Assembly: GCA_017499595.2 (NCBI GenBank)
Contig: CM039003.1
Location: 682,001-746,000, forward strand
DNA length: 64,000 nt
Direction of reading: 5' to 3'
Source: Psilocybe cubensis
Taxonomy: Eukaryota
This document shows positions 37,175-50,400 of the stretch, one piece after another. The notes beneath the pieces are model-generated. The model was not told the origin of the DNA and did no database searches. It saw only the letters and a program-made list of their open reading frames with translations. Both the position numbers and the translations under genes were made by a program. Each line of letters opens with the position of its first letter. Position 1 is the first letter of the stretch.

Positions 37175-38582
37175 CTAAGGATGGAAGAAATTACAAATAT
37201 CCATTCCACAAGAGGCTCTGTGGTCGAGGGCAATGCAACCAAAAAATATCTGCCTTTCTGGATAGCAAATACAAAACAGTCGCATGTACATGGTCATCTT
37301 TTTGCCTACATTACAGGAATTAAATTGACGAATGCCAAAACTAAAGAGCACACACCTTATACCCCTTTCCCAGGATTTGATAGCTTTTTTGATGCGCTCG
37401 TGTAATTGGTAAACATCCACCGCTGTGTAGTGAAAATCCAATGCGATACCGCTGATGCAACGGACACCAAAATGCAAACAATTGAATTCATTGAGCAACA
37501 ATGCCTATGAATTGGCTTCAATAAAGGAAGTCTGATTTGCTTTGGGTAAAAGAGGCAAAGAATAAACCCAACAATGCCTGTCGCCAACCCGTCTAATCCC
37601 AGGAGAGAACAACTCTGGACAAGGATCGTAATGCAGCTCAACGAGAACATGACCACGAGATGAACTATATCCAACATTTAAGTTGTCCCTGATAGACTGT
37701 ATCCTGCTTCGGATATGGCAGTCCATTTTCAAAGTTTGCAATAGAATGGAAAGAACAAATTTCAAGCCACGGGAATGATATTTTGCAAGAAATTTTTGCG
37801 CGCGCTTGAGGTCGGCAGGAGGTTGCAACAGAGAGACTTGATGTCCAAAGGTAGCATTTGGATACAAGCTGTACACCTTCTCAAAGGTAACAAAATTCAT
37901 GACGCCGGCTGCAGTAGAACAAAATTGAAGTTAACATTGTTTCGACACATGATATTGGGGACATACTGCTATGATACCCCAAAATGCACTCTACCACCGA
38001 TTGACAAGTCGTAATCAGTTGGACAAAAGAACCTTGGCGCCATAGGTTAATGACCACTCCGGTGGTATTGTAATGTCGATGAAGAGGATGTTCCTGAAGG
38101 ACGATTTTTTCCATTTTCAAAATTTGTTCCGCCGTGGCGTTGTCCGGATATTTGGGATGCGGCATGATGGTAAATCCAATGGACATCATCCAGGAAAGAA
38201 CGGGAAGTGCATATCTGTGCTCAACATACATGTCCATGTCACCCGGAATCCATGTATTAGCACGATTGATAAAATGCAAAACGGTGGAACCTGAAATAAC
38301 TAGGCCAGTCTTGAACTGGAGAAGACGAAATGGCAAATGTTCATCGGGTTTGAAGATAGGAGCAAATAAATTTTCGGGACGGAAGGCGCAGTGCATATAG
38401 CCCGAAACGCGGTTGTTTAGCTCCTTGCAAGTCCAAGAGAAACGGTAGAGGGTTTTCAGATCCATCTGATCCATGTACACATCGTCCATGGGAGGCGGAA
38501 AGACTCTAAAAAATAAATAATAACCAAATGAGATAAAACAGTGAACATACTGTTGGAAACGGGGGGATAACGCGGAAGCCAT
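37175..38582 (-). pseudogene. Cargo 4: F-box-like N-terminus plus Pol-beta-type nucleotidyltransferase-like domain
   Basis: MDLKTLYRFSWTCKEL; GLVISGSTVLHF..PGDMDMYV fits hG[GS]-xn-DhD; an intron joins GYHS to TGVMNFVT; one probable TGG>TAG at 37505. Confidence 0.65.
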
Positions 38583-39429
38583 GGGTAAAACAGTGCGGAG
38601 GAAAGTGCATTGTTTATACTACGTCAATAAATATATTAACCGTAAGCCAATAGACGCCCGACATAGGGGAAGAACAAATCAGTATGCGTGAGAAACGATC
38701 ATGAATCAGAAAATCAAATTCAAATAGTACAGAACGCCCAGAACCCAAGAACGCGTAATTATTGAACGTGTGTGCCTGCACAGTTCTATTTCCAACCTTT
38801 CAGACCCATAGTTCAAAGAGTGCATTCGTTCCATCTCTAAGTATTAGTACAATATATAAGCACGTCAGCTAGACGGTTCCACATGGTTTTAAAAATTAAA
38901 CAACAACGCAAAAAAGTGAATTGAGTAGGACTATTGTTGTAATTAATTTTATGGAAACGCACATTCACATTGCAATCAAAACAAATCAAAAACAAACTTT
39001 AAAGTAACCAATGGTAAAAAGAAGTTGTAGAATGAATTGGAAAGGGGTTGCTTAGGGGGTCCAGTGACCGCTTAAGGAAAATACCGATACCGGTAACGAC
39101 ATTGATCGCATCAATAATATTTTGATGGGGACAATTGGCGAGGACATTTTTGCTCGCTGGGTTGTGGGGATAAAAGAACTCATCTTTACTTATGTAAAGA
39201 CTTGTAATGCACTTAGGAGCCTGCAGAGCATTTGAAAAATGCTTCTAAGGCTATCAAGGACTTCCATGCCAAACATCCTTCAGCACCTAGAAGGATTTCT
39301 GCTGTGACCTTTGATAGACTTTCTTTCACTCCTATTATTAACTTTACTGAACCTCCTCCTCTTCTTAAACCCTCTAAACTAACCCATCCATGTGCACATT
39401 GTGGAAAATGTGCCTTAGAGAGGGGGTGA

Positions 39430-39879
39430 TGTCAGGGTTTCTCCAGTTTCCCCTCTTTATCTTCACAGAATTATCTTATCCTTTCATTATCTTATCAATT
39501 ATCTGATTAGATAGTTTATTTTTTTCATCACAGCCTTTTTGCTCCACTTCTTTCTAGTAAATTCTATATGATTCCTAGTCTTACTCATCCTTTTTCTATA
39601 TGATGTCACTTTTATTCTTTAACCTTCCTTTATGATATAATGTAGGGAATATTCTAGAATAGCTGTAGAGTATAAATACTGGACTTGTAGGTAGCTGTAG
39701 CTTCAGCTTCAATCTCTTAGGATATCCACTATCATTGGTGTGATCTCTTAGAATCATTGAGTCTCTCTCACTCTCTTATTCTCTCTTTGCTCTCTTACTC
39801 TCCCTCTGCTTTCTCTCTCTCTCCCTTGCTTGATCTTTGTTGGTGGCCTTGTCACACTGATTATAGTGTTGCCCTGACA
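39430..39879 (+). repeat. 3' LTR of Gypsy C
   Basis: Direct repeat of 25118-25565, followed by TSD CTATT. Confidence 0.97.
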
Positions 39880-42800
39880 CTATTGAAAATACCTGTGACT
39901 GGCTCTACAACCAATGCCAGGAAGTTCTGCTAAAGAATATTAGAGAAAATTTGTATGAAAAGTTAAGGGAGATGAGATTGGGAAGAAATGTTGAGATGGG
40001 TTCACATGTAGAAGGTATATTGCTCCAATATATTCTAATAAGTCTAGTTGCTAACTACTTTATAGAGTTATTAGAAAACATTGAGGACTAGAGCAACACA
40101 TAACCATCTAGTATGTTGGGCCCATGTTTGCAATAAAACCACAATGCCTAGTTGTGTTCACTACTCTCCACTACTCATTTTGTGGACCCATATGGTGCAT
40201 AGGGCCCTTTGTCACTTAGCTTATCCCAACAACGCAGCCTCAACACACTATACTGTCTTTTGTACACATGTTATTAATAAAGAATAAGTTTCTTTTTCAA
40301 TATAATATTATACCTCATATTCTGTTTATTTTTTGTAGCCACTTTTTTGAATATCTATTTCTTGCTTCAACATGGTAGTATTCTATACTTCTTTTATGCT
40401 CTTGTATTGCTTTCTACTTTTACATTCTTGGAAATAAATTCCTATTTAGTTATCTTATCAGCCATTTGTACTATTCTACAATATTTTTTTTTTGATAAAT
40501 ATGTCATTGCAGTTAAATACCCTAACATAATCCGCTGTAGAGTAGCACTCAATATTAGACCTAAAATAAGCTGGACTAAACATCATTTTTTACTCACTTA
40601 ATACTCGTTGCATCCCAAAACCTTTTTGTTATTTAATAGATGACAGTACTATAGTATAGAATATATTAAAAAGCATGACAAGCAGCTATAAGTTGCTTAT
40701 AATTATCTTGAACAAGCAGGGTGCCAACTGAGGGATATTATATGGGCATTTGTGTCATTACCTTATTCTGGAATTCATTAATCTTCTTTTATTATGCAAC
40801 ACAACATCATTGATTTCTTGTATTTCTTCTACCATACTAGTGGCATTAGAGTTGGTGAGGAAGAAGTAGTTGATTATGTACCTATTACATAGAAGAGTCT
40901 GAATAGGATGTGGAAGTACAATATATAGGATAATAGGGATATGGTTGGGTGTGGCTGGGTGTGCATAGATTGGGCTGGAAAATGTGGAGGTTATTGGTAT
41001 GCTGCCAATTGTACCTGTCTCTAGATTGGTGGTAAATAGAGAGAAGGAAGTGGAGATAGAGGTTGTGGAGGTTGTGAAGAGATAGACAACGGTATGGAGG
41101 AAGAGGGCTGTTACTACTATAACTGCAGGTGAAGTAAGATAATAGTGGGCACAAATGCAAAGATTAACGTTAATACTAATGCAAATGCAAGCATCAATGT
41201 ATTTCCAACCAAGGAAAAGGAAATGCAAAAAGTCAGATGGATACCTACCATTTTTATAATAAAATATAAGCAGATACCAGCAGTCTTATATCTTTCTAAT
41301 CAGTAATAATTAATATGAAATTCCAATGACAAGTTATGATATGAATTAAATTTTTCTTTTCATTCTTGTCAAACAGATTTATTATATTTTGCCATAAATT
41401 TATTATAACTTGCTATAAATTTATTATATATAGATAAATATTAGACATGGAAATCAATGATATATTATTAAATATATAGCAACATTATGATATAGAATTT
41501 ATTAGACAGATTTATCATTTTTAACATTACAATCAAAGCTAGAATCCATAGAAAATATAAGTATAAACAATATAAACAACAAAAACATATTTTTGTTTGG
41601 TGTTAACATCCCTAAACTTTGCCAAAGCCATATCATTTCTTTCTAAATAATTGTTGTTTTAGTCTTGATAGAGTTCTTGTACACTCACATAAATGCTAAC
41701 AGTCTTTTAAAAGCATTGCTTGTAGGGCTTCTCCCTAAAATTATAATAATGAATGCTATGACCACAATAGAAAGTTTGATTATCAATAAACTCACCTTGT
41801 TTTTGCCTTTTTGGACTTCCGGAACTGCATTTTATCACCCAATTCATACTCTTCAATCCAATACTTATAAAAGGCCAGCTGTGTCTGAAGTATTAAAGTG
41901 TCAAAGTATTAAAGTGTCAGGGCCTAAGATTTCATTCTGAGAAGTGGTCTCGAATGATATTGATGAAAATAATGCATTAGATTTGAGCTGATGGCTATAG
42001 CGTGCCTGATAGCCAAGTGTTGAAGCAGTTGTGGATGCCGGCATTTGAGACTGGGAATGTCTTGGATAGAATGAGTTATCCGGAGTTGGCATACCTAAAT
42101 CTAAGTAATAAATCAAGATATATGAGAAATGTAACTTCAGATATACCTCTATCTAGTGCATGATTGCACTCATTCTGTGTATACGGAGGCCCATTGTTAA
42201 ATCCTACTAGATAGATAGGTGCATTATGGCTATGCTAAGTCACCACATTAGGTTGCTCTTGTGTGCCAATGACATGGCCATAGAACAAAAATCCTTGTGC
42301 ACCTGGATGAAATGCACCACCAGGTTGGTATGAGTAAGAAGACATATAGAAAGATATTCCATATTTTGGCCTTAAAAAGTCTGTATGGCAGAAAAATGAG
42401 GCAAAATAAAAACAAGCAGATGAAAAGGAGTATAGTGGGCTAGATTTTAAAGAACATATGTTTCTAGCATTGCCAATACTGATCAGTGTATGTCCTGGCT
42501 AGAATATTCCTAAGCCAGCATTGACAAATGCAAAAAATGTTAGTTAGAAAGTATGTGGTTGAGAAGAGAATGACAGCCTATAGAACACAAAACAAACAGT
42601 GACCATCATACTAGCACATGATATGTACATTATAATATATTTATATGCCTTATTCAACAAAAATTTAAAGAATAGTGGCTGAAATGTTCTTTTATCTCAA
42701 ATCTACTGCTTTTATAATTCTGCAACTCTACAGCTGTTAACTCTTCAGCTATTATGCTAGAAAACAATAATAAAGCACTACCCACAATAGTTGGAAGACT

Positions 42801-44399
42801 ATTAGCATTTACTGCTAATACATTGGAAAATCCAGCACCATAACTAGCTCAGGTTAATACAAACAGTTCCTCAAAAGAATCTGAGGTCAAATGCAGCCAT
42901 TTTGAATATGAATTAGAATTGGATAGATGCTAGTATTAATATGAACCAAAATAGTCAAGATAAAAAAAGATATGTGCCTTTGATTTGTAGAATTTTGTTG
43001 TTACAGCTAAAGTATACGCTACAGACTGCAGAGAAAAAGACAAAAGAATGTGCTGCTGCTAAGCAGGAGGCCAAATAGCAAAAAATTATTACGCAGCGGG
43101 TACATTGAAAAATGGCAGCCAGAACAGTTGAGGCCTCAACAATGATTTATATGCATATTAAATCAGACATCAGACATAACAAACCAAACAGTCAATATAA
43201 TAAGATCAACAATAAGGACAATGGTGGTTATGAGGTGGTAGATGAGCCAGCAGCAAAGGTGGCACAAGCCTAATAGAACAACAATTGAATGGACTGTGTA
43301 GCTAGTATATGATGTACATACCTTCTGGACACATTGGGCAGCTCATCAAAGTGCTCGATGTTGCAGCCATTGATTTGTTTATACCTGGCATGCAAAAAAT
43401 ACATATAGAGACCCAGGCAGAGTGCTTTACAGATGAAATTAAATCAAGGAATAATTAAATCATACTTTACAGATAAATGTGTTATTATTGCTCTAAATAT
43501 GCTTGTATTTACACAAATAATAATGGAATATATATATTTCTTAATATATACTATATGCTACTTATTAGGCTTAAAAATTCAATATTTTTAGCTAAAAATA
43601 TATATAGATACTTGTTATGGATGGTGTAACACTTGGCCACCCTTATTATGCTATCCATAATTGCAAAATACCATTAGCAATATTGCACAACTGCTATTGT
43701 AAAACTCATTGGGAGCTAAATGCAATTTGCATTATTAAAGATTGCCAAAGCCCAAGCTACAATGAGAAAAAAACATGTAAAGACCTAGCCTATTAAGAAG
43801 TTGAACAACTTTATATTTTACATAGACAATCATAAGTTTAGCTATAGGAAAGGTTTAAATGCTAGCATATTTCACATACTAATGTTGGCATTGCTAGCAA
43901 AATTAATATTACAGAGCTTATTGGTGATGTTGAAGAAGAAGAATTCAAACTTGCCAAGCTGACACAAGCTACAATTAATATTCCTGCCAAGCAATATATT
44001 TCTGCTTAATTTGGAAGAAAGAATATATAATGAACAAATTATTGTCAACAGAGGCCAGGCAAATAGGAAGAAGGCCTGCATCTTTGGAGCATGCTGGAAG
44101 AGTTGGAGCAACAAACAGGCTTTTGAATATAATTATATGTCATTTTAAATTTGTTAGTTACTACACCATCACAGTAAAAAATCAATAACTCCTTGTTCTA
44201 GGCCTAGTATAGATAACACTCTTGCTCTACTTAGAGAACCTATTAATCTTAAAACCAATGAACTGCCTTGAGATCTTGTTAATTAAAATGTGTTAAGGTT
44301 GACCAAACAAAACTTAGGTTTGAATTTAGATGGCTGTGCATAAGCTACCTTCCTCTGGTCTATCTTTTTTTTAAAACTTTGCTACAGGGTTGTCACTGG

Positions 44400-46415
44400 G
44401 TCTAGTAGAGTGGTAGTCTGTCAGAACTTCTGAAGATGTACAGCATCACACATTTGGCAGATGTTGAAGATCATATTGTTTAGTAAACCCTAATGTTGTA
44501 CTACCAGCTGTGAATGCTCAGTAAATATTTATTCTTGATACACATGTCATTGTCCAGTCTCTTGACATCTGTTTTCATAATAGTTGTGTTAAACATTGAC
44601 TATGCACAATAGTTTGCCAAGATTTACAAGTACTCATTTATTTGACAAAGAAAGTTGAGTAAGATGAAGGAATTCTAACCCATCACTCAAGTTGAGCCTT
44701 TGTACAAGGATGCTGTCAGGGTAAGATTTGAAATGATTTGTTGAACTGACATGCTGAAATATTTTTTAAATATAGCCAATAAATGTCACCATTGCATGTT
44801 GCCCTAACTTGCAAGAGTCTTTGTTGTGCAAAATCATTTCTGTACTGGTAATAAACTTTGCATTATCAGATGTTTTTAGAAATACCCCAGAATAATGAAG
44901 CCTAGCCAGAGTTTGCCACCATTTTAAGGGTGGGTTTCCATCTAGTTTGCAAGACTCTGAAATAATAATTAAACTTTGTTTCCAGAGTAGAAATTAAAAT
45001 GCATACCAGGTATCTTTTCTTAAATAGGTAGTAAACCAAAATATTGTAATAATGTTAGATCACAAGTCAAGGATATGACCACACTAGGAGTGTACCTCTG
45101 AGTTTTTGATATTGATTTTGGGCTCTATTTTCATTTTTTTTTGTAGATGGGATGGAAGAATTAAATTCTCTACTTAAGAGATGACAAATTCTGTTGTTTT
45201 GTGCAAATCCATATGCAATGTCTTGTAAAGGTGCCTGTTGGTTGCTTTGAATGCTTTGAGCTCTGATAATTGCATTAAAAGATTCAAACATCTTAATTGC
45301 AAACAAAATAACCAATCCAAATTGTTGAATATGAGCTGGTAAATGAACAATAATATGAAATTTTGCCTTATTGAACCAGGCATTAATCTACCAAGTTGTT
45401 TTTAATAAAAAGTTTTAAATTTCAACTTCAAGGGTTTTTTATTGACATGATTTACAAGTTAGTATAGGTTTTCAGTTGAAAGGCAAAATTATACCAAGTA
45501 TTAGTCCACATTCTCAATTATTGGCTGCCATATGAGGGACACAAGAGTAAAATGCCACCCAAGCATCATAAATATTAGAAGGAACCATTCCATGAATTAC
45601 AAAGGGGAAATCTATGCAATAGCCCAAAAATCTCAAAATTGAGTCTTGCAATAAGAGCCTTCTTTTGGTCATTGTTTATTCAATTTTGAATTAGATCTCT
45701 CCAAAAATATTTCATAAAGCCCAATAAAACCACATGCAAAATCTTGACTGGTGTGTCCTGATAAGGGTCTAGGTCTAGCTATAATTTATTAACTGTAAGT
45801 TTAAATGTGCCAATCAAAGCCTCTTATTAAGTTGCCACACTGGACTTGCCACATTTTCTAAAAGATTTTTAATAGCTTGATCCAGTGCATCTTGCTTTTT
45901 CATAGGCCCATATTGCTTGCTGTAAGATGCAAAAAGCTTTTCTACAAAAAAATCTTGCATGATGTGCTTAATTCCAGTTTTAGTCTTGTTTTTTTTTTAT
46001 TACTATCTTGGTTTCTATATTTTTTGCCATATTAAACTGAGTCTTGAGAATCTTTTTTGTTTCTTTTTTGTTTTGTGGCTGACCAGGCTACCAAAGTTTA
46101 AATATAAAATAGTTGAAAAGAATTAAAGAAAGCATAATACCTTGATAAAAGCTGAAATACACTTGAATATTGTCTCCATTGATTCAAGATACTTTCTTTG
46201 TTTCTTTTGCCTTTTAAGTTCAATACTGCTACATCCATCATCTTCAGTGACTAAGCCTCTATTGGTACACTGTCAACAAGGTCTAATTGACTATGTCAAA
46301 GTGGAGGCAGCTCAAAAAGAATGTTGGCACCATCTTGGGAATCCAAGCCTTTGACCCAACAAGTTCAACAAAAATATTTTCCCTTTAGACCAATATGGCA
46401 TGATATTTTGCTACA
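44400..46415 (-). pseudogene. Decayed CACTA/EnSpm-like transposase relic
   Basis: SCHIGLKG, DPYQDTPVKILHVVLLGFMKYFW, FNKAKFHI..HIQQFG and FESFNAIIRAQSIQSNQQAPLQDIA resemble basidiomycete CACTA-like proteins (recalled); many stops; left boundary approximate. Confidence 0.65.
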
Positions 46416-47423
46416 TATGTGACGGATCAGTCAACCATCAAACTGCACAGCTTTCTACACTGCCTTGCACAGCCGGACTGTCAACTCTATTTTTTTCAAC
46501 TCAATGGTCTTACTCAGTGTCAGACTGCAGATTACTCATTCCAACTTATTTTTGGTTTGTCTTACTCATTCTTTTGTGTTTATTTATATCATTTTTATTG
46601 TCTGTTGCGCTTTTATTGTCTTTGTCTTACCAATCTTCTATGTTTTCTGACTCATTCTTGCTTCTTTTATCTAATCTGTATTATTATTCACCTTCATTGT
46701 ATACTTCTTTTTTATTCATCCTATTCATTTTTCATCTGTTGTCGTGTCAATATTGACATGTCTTATTATTCTTGCTTATTATTATGCTTGCGTAGCCTCA
46801 TTCTTGATACTTTGTACAGTATATGACTTGGTTTTCAGTAGCTTAGATTGGTATTTTGTTCACATAACTTTTAGTATAAAAGCTGTAGTAAAATTACACA
46901 AAATGACAGGAAAGTTACACCCAGTCCCCACTTTCTTCAAAGCAAGTCAATTTTCATCCAAGTCAAGTCAGTTTCAAGTCAATCCACATCAATTTATTCC
47001 AATTCCAAGCCCAAGCTCAAGCCCAATCCCAAGTCCAAGTCCAATTCAGTCATTAGTTCCACCCTCCAACAAGACCAAGTTCACATCCATTCATCCAAAG
47101 TCATCTTGCTTTCCATTGACAGAGAATTTCATCCAAAACCAGTCCTCTTTCTCCTCCAATGCCTCTTCCCAGTATTGAAGATCTCACGTCTATCCAGACA
47201 TCCAGTACTTCACTACTTCCTCTCCTCTATCCAACCCGTCATCACTTCTTCCCCTTCTACACCTTCTAACCATTGCTGTTAGGAGTAGATCCAAGACATC
47301 TTTCCCTCCGTCAACTCATCTGGAGTGATTTCATTCAAGACAGACTTAGTCTTTCATCCTTGATTCAGTCAATACTCCCACAACATATAGCTTCATTCCA
47401 AACGTCAGAAAGATTGTCAATTT

Positions 47424-50400
47424 TGTAAAAATCTAGACCTAGATAGATAATGACAATGCCACTCAGTCATGAAGATTTGGACTATATTGAAAGAATCTGT
47501 ACCTAGATAGATAATAACAATGCCACTACAGGTACAGTAAGTAAAAGAGATATTAATGAAAGGTAAAAATGGGTCTCACCTCAGTCACAAAGATTTGGAC
47601 TGAGATGGTGAGTAACTACTGAACGTCCTATATATCATACTATATTACAATGGCTGTTTGTATAAAATATGATGTGGGTGCATAAAAAGGGGAGCACGTG
47701 CGGTGGATATTAACACTCCTCCTCACCGGATAGTGTGTACTTCTCCTCGAACAGAATTGTGGCAAATTAAAGATGTAAACAAGTAGGGGAAAAATCAGAA
47801 AGAAAAGAATAGGTGGAAATATAGAATAAAGAAATGGAAAAATTATAAGAGACCAATAAGAGAATATAAATGGAGGAATTGTTGTGGATGTAGAGCTTTA
47901 GTAAATATATCGGCAATGTTGCCCTTGGTGTTGATGTATGCTGTATGAATTTCGCCGGTCTGTACTTGCTCTTGTAGAAAATGAAGCTTAATATCAAAAT
48001 GTTTCAAGCGATTGTAATGGGATGGATCTTTGGATAAGGAGATGGCGGAATTGTTATTGCAAAGTAAAGGAGAGGCGGCGTGTGGTGAAAGCTGAATTTC
48101 TGTGAGTAATGTTTGTAGCCAAATTGCCTCCTTTGATGCTTCAAAGGCTGTAGTGTACTCTGCTTCCGTAGATGAAGTTGCAACAGTTGTTTGCTTCCTA
48201 GAAGACCAGGATACAAGACCTGAACCGAGCATAAAAGCGTAGCCACCTATGCTGCAACATGTGTCAAGGCAATTAGCCCAGTCAGAATTCGTGAATCCAA
48301 TGAGATTGATCTTATCTCTGCCAAGTTTCAGTTTGAGATCTTGAGTACCCTTGAGATAGCGTACAATCCGTATTGCTGCATTCCAGTGTGCGTAAGAAAA
48401 TGAATTGAAGAATTAAGAGAGTTGTTGTACAGCATATGCTATATCTGGGCGGGTGCCAACTGTTAAGTAGATAAGGCAGCCCACAAGAGATCGATAAGGG
48501 AACTTTGCTAGCCTGTCTTTGTCTTCCCAAGACATCTTGGATTTGTTGGGTTGTCGTAGCTTAAGTTCCGGATTCATAGATATGTTTACTGGGTGCAAGT
48601 CTGACTGGCCAAAAGTGGTGATAATTTTGTCAATGAGGGCGGTTTGAGATAAATAAATGGATTTTGTTTCTCTGCGGCGTTTGATTGCAATTCTGACAAC
48701 AAGTTTGGGTTCTCCAAGGTTGGATATGGTCCATGCTGTTTTCATTTGCTCTTTGAAGTGAGTGTTTTCTTCTGGTGAGTCTGAAATAGATAGAAAATCA
48801 TTGATGTGAACTCCAGCGATAACAGTACCAGTGTCAGATTTCCGAAAGTAGATACAGGCTCGCTCATAAGACATTTAAATCCCTAGTTCTCTATCGATTG
48901 GTGAAGAATTTGGTTCCATATTTGGCCCACCTGCTTTATCCCATATAGTTCTTGCTGCAGCATCCAGACATGGTCCTCTTTGCCAGGTTTTTCAAAACCA
49001 CGAGGTTGGTTCATATATTGAACCTCATTGTCTGGAAGTATTCTATATAGAAATGCCGTCTTGAAGTCAATCTGTTGGATGTCCCAGTCCAAAATAGCTC
49101 CCACATACAACAGAATACGCCACAATGACGTTCGTGCTGTAGGTGAGGTAGTCTGCATATAGTCGCGACCATATACCTGCTCATAGCCTTGGAAAACTAG
49201 ACAGACTTTGTAGCGTACAATGGTGCCAGTTTCATCATGCTTTGCCTTGAAGACTGGTCTACCCTTGCATATCTTATGGTTTGGTGGGACCTCACTGTGT
49301 GGTATTAGTTTGTAGACTCCCATCTCCTTGAGGCTGTTTAGTTTGTCTTAATACCCCTCTGCTCATTTATCTGTGTTGGATGAGCGCTGAGCTTCTTCCC
49401 ATGATTTGGGTTTGTCTTCAAATTGAAAATTGTTAGGGTCAATAGAAGATGATGATGCAATGGAGGACAGGATAAGATGAATATTAGATTTGGTAGTGGG
49501 ATTTTCTTTTGAAAATAAGGCGCAGAGTTCCTCTATTGCGGCCTGGTTGACGACTTTGGGTGCATTCCGCAGCTCCTCCTCATGGATGTCGGCGAGTATT
49601 TTCTTGGCCTCTTTGCGTTCCTCTTTTTCCAGTTGCTTTTGTTCCATAGCCTCCCTTGATTCTGTTACCACTTGATGTAACTTTGCCTTGGCATTAGAAG
49701 GAATTCAGCTAGATCTGCGTGGGGGCTGTGGTTTGATAGGCACCGGTGGATCAACAGGGTTAGGCACAATTAGCGCTGAGATATCCAATGGAAGAAACTC
49801 CTCCTCCTCTGAGTCATCAAGATTAATTGGAGTTGAGGTTGCGGAATTGAGGATGTCATTGAGGGAAACAGGTGGAATGGGATGGGGTTGAAGTCCTTGG
49901 TGAAGATGGTCTTCATGGCTTTCAATAAACCTGACATGGTGCGAGCGGTGAATGGTTTTTTTGGTGCAATCCTAGCAGTGATATGCTTTGGAGTCTAAAT
50001 TGTACCCAATAATAACCATTTCCATAGAGTGTTCCCATAATTTGGGGTTGTGTCTGTTCTGAATTAGAACGAATACGCGGCAACCAATCTCCTGTAGAAA
50101 AGATATGTCAGGTTTCCGAAGGAGGTATAATTCATTGGGTGTCTTGTTATTGATGGCACGGCTGCTTGTCATACCGGTAAGAAATGTCAAGGTTATATAG
50201 AGATCTTCCCATAAGTAAGGCGGGAGCTTTGCATATGTACGTGTTGCACGCTGCTTTCCCATGATAGTACGGTGCATGCATTTGACAATCCCAATATGGG
50301 AAGAAGTGTAGGGCGCGGTGAACTCAACTTTAATGCCTCGCAAAGCGGCCCATGCTAGGAATTCTTTGCTACAAAGCTCCCCGCTGTTAATACAAATAAT

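Larger units (their letters stand above)
30825..39207 (-). mobile_element. Putative non-autonomous Helentron/Helitron2-type element carrying four cargo genes
   Basis: Removal restores the chromodomain YPNEE-CT(W)EPAEHL; asymmetric 13-bp inverted repeats at 30859-30871 and 39193-39205; hairpin at 30840-30856; AA/TT at both junctions; no Rep/helicase. Confidence 0.75.
25118..39879 (+). mobile_element. Full-length chromodomain Ty3/Gypsy element C with an 8.4-kb nested insertion
   Basis: TG..CA LTRs at 25118-25565 and 39430-39879; TSD CTATT (25113-25117, 39880-39884); PPT at 39417-39429; gag, PR, RT, RNase H, IN, chromodomain. Confidence 0.97.

Noticed and set aside
30825-39207. Canonical Helitron (TC..CTRR) or cut-and-paste TIR element
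   Set aside because: No TC start or CTRR end on either strand, the inverted repeats are asymmetric, and there is no transposase. The flanking AA could be a 2-bp TSD, so this is not fully excluded.
40114-40246. Possible tiny solo LTR (TGTTG..TCAACA)
   Set aside because: Flanks TAGTA/CACTA do not form a TSD and there is no second copy.
40750-43600. Short ORFs and intron-like signals in an AT-rich stretch
   Set aside because: Too decayed to assign; no recognisable motif.
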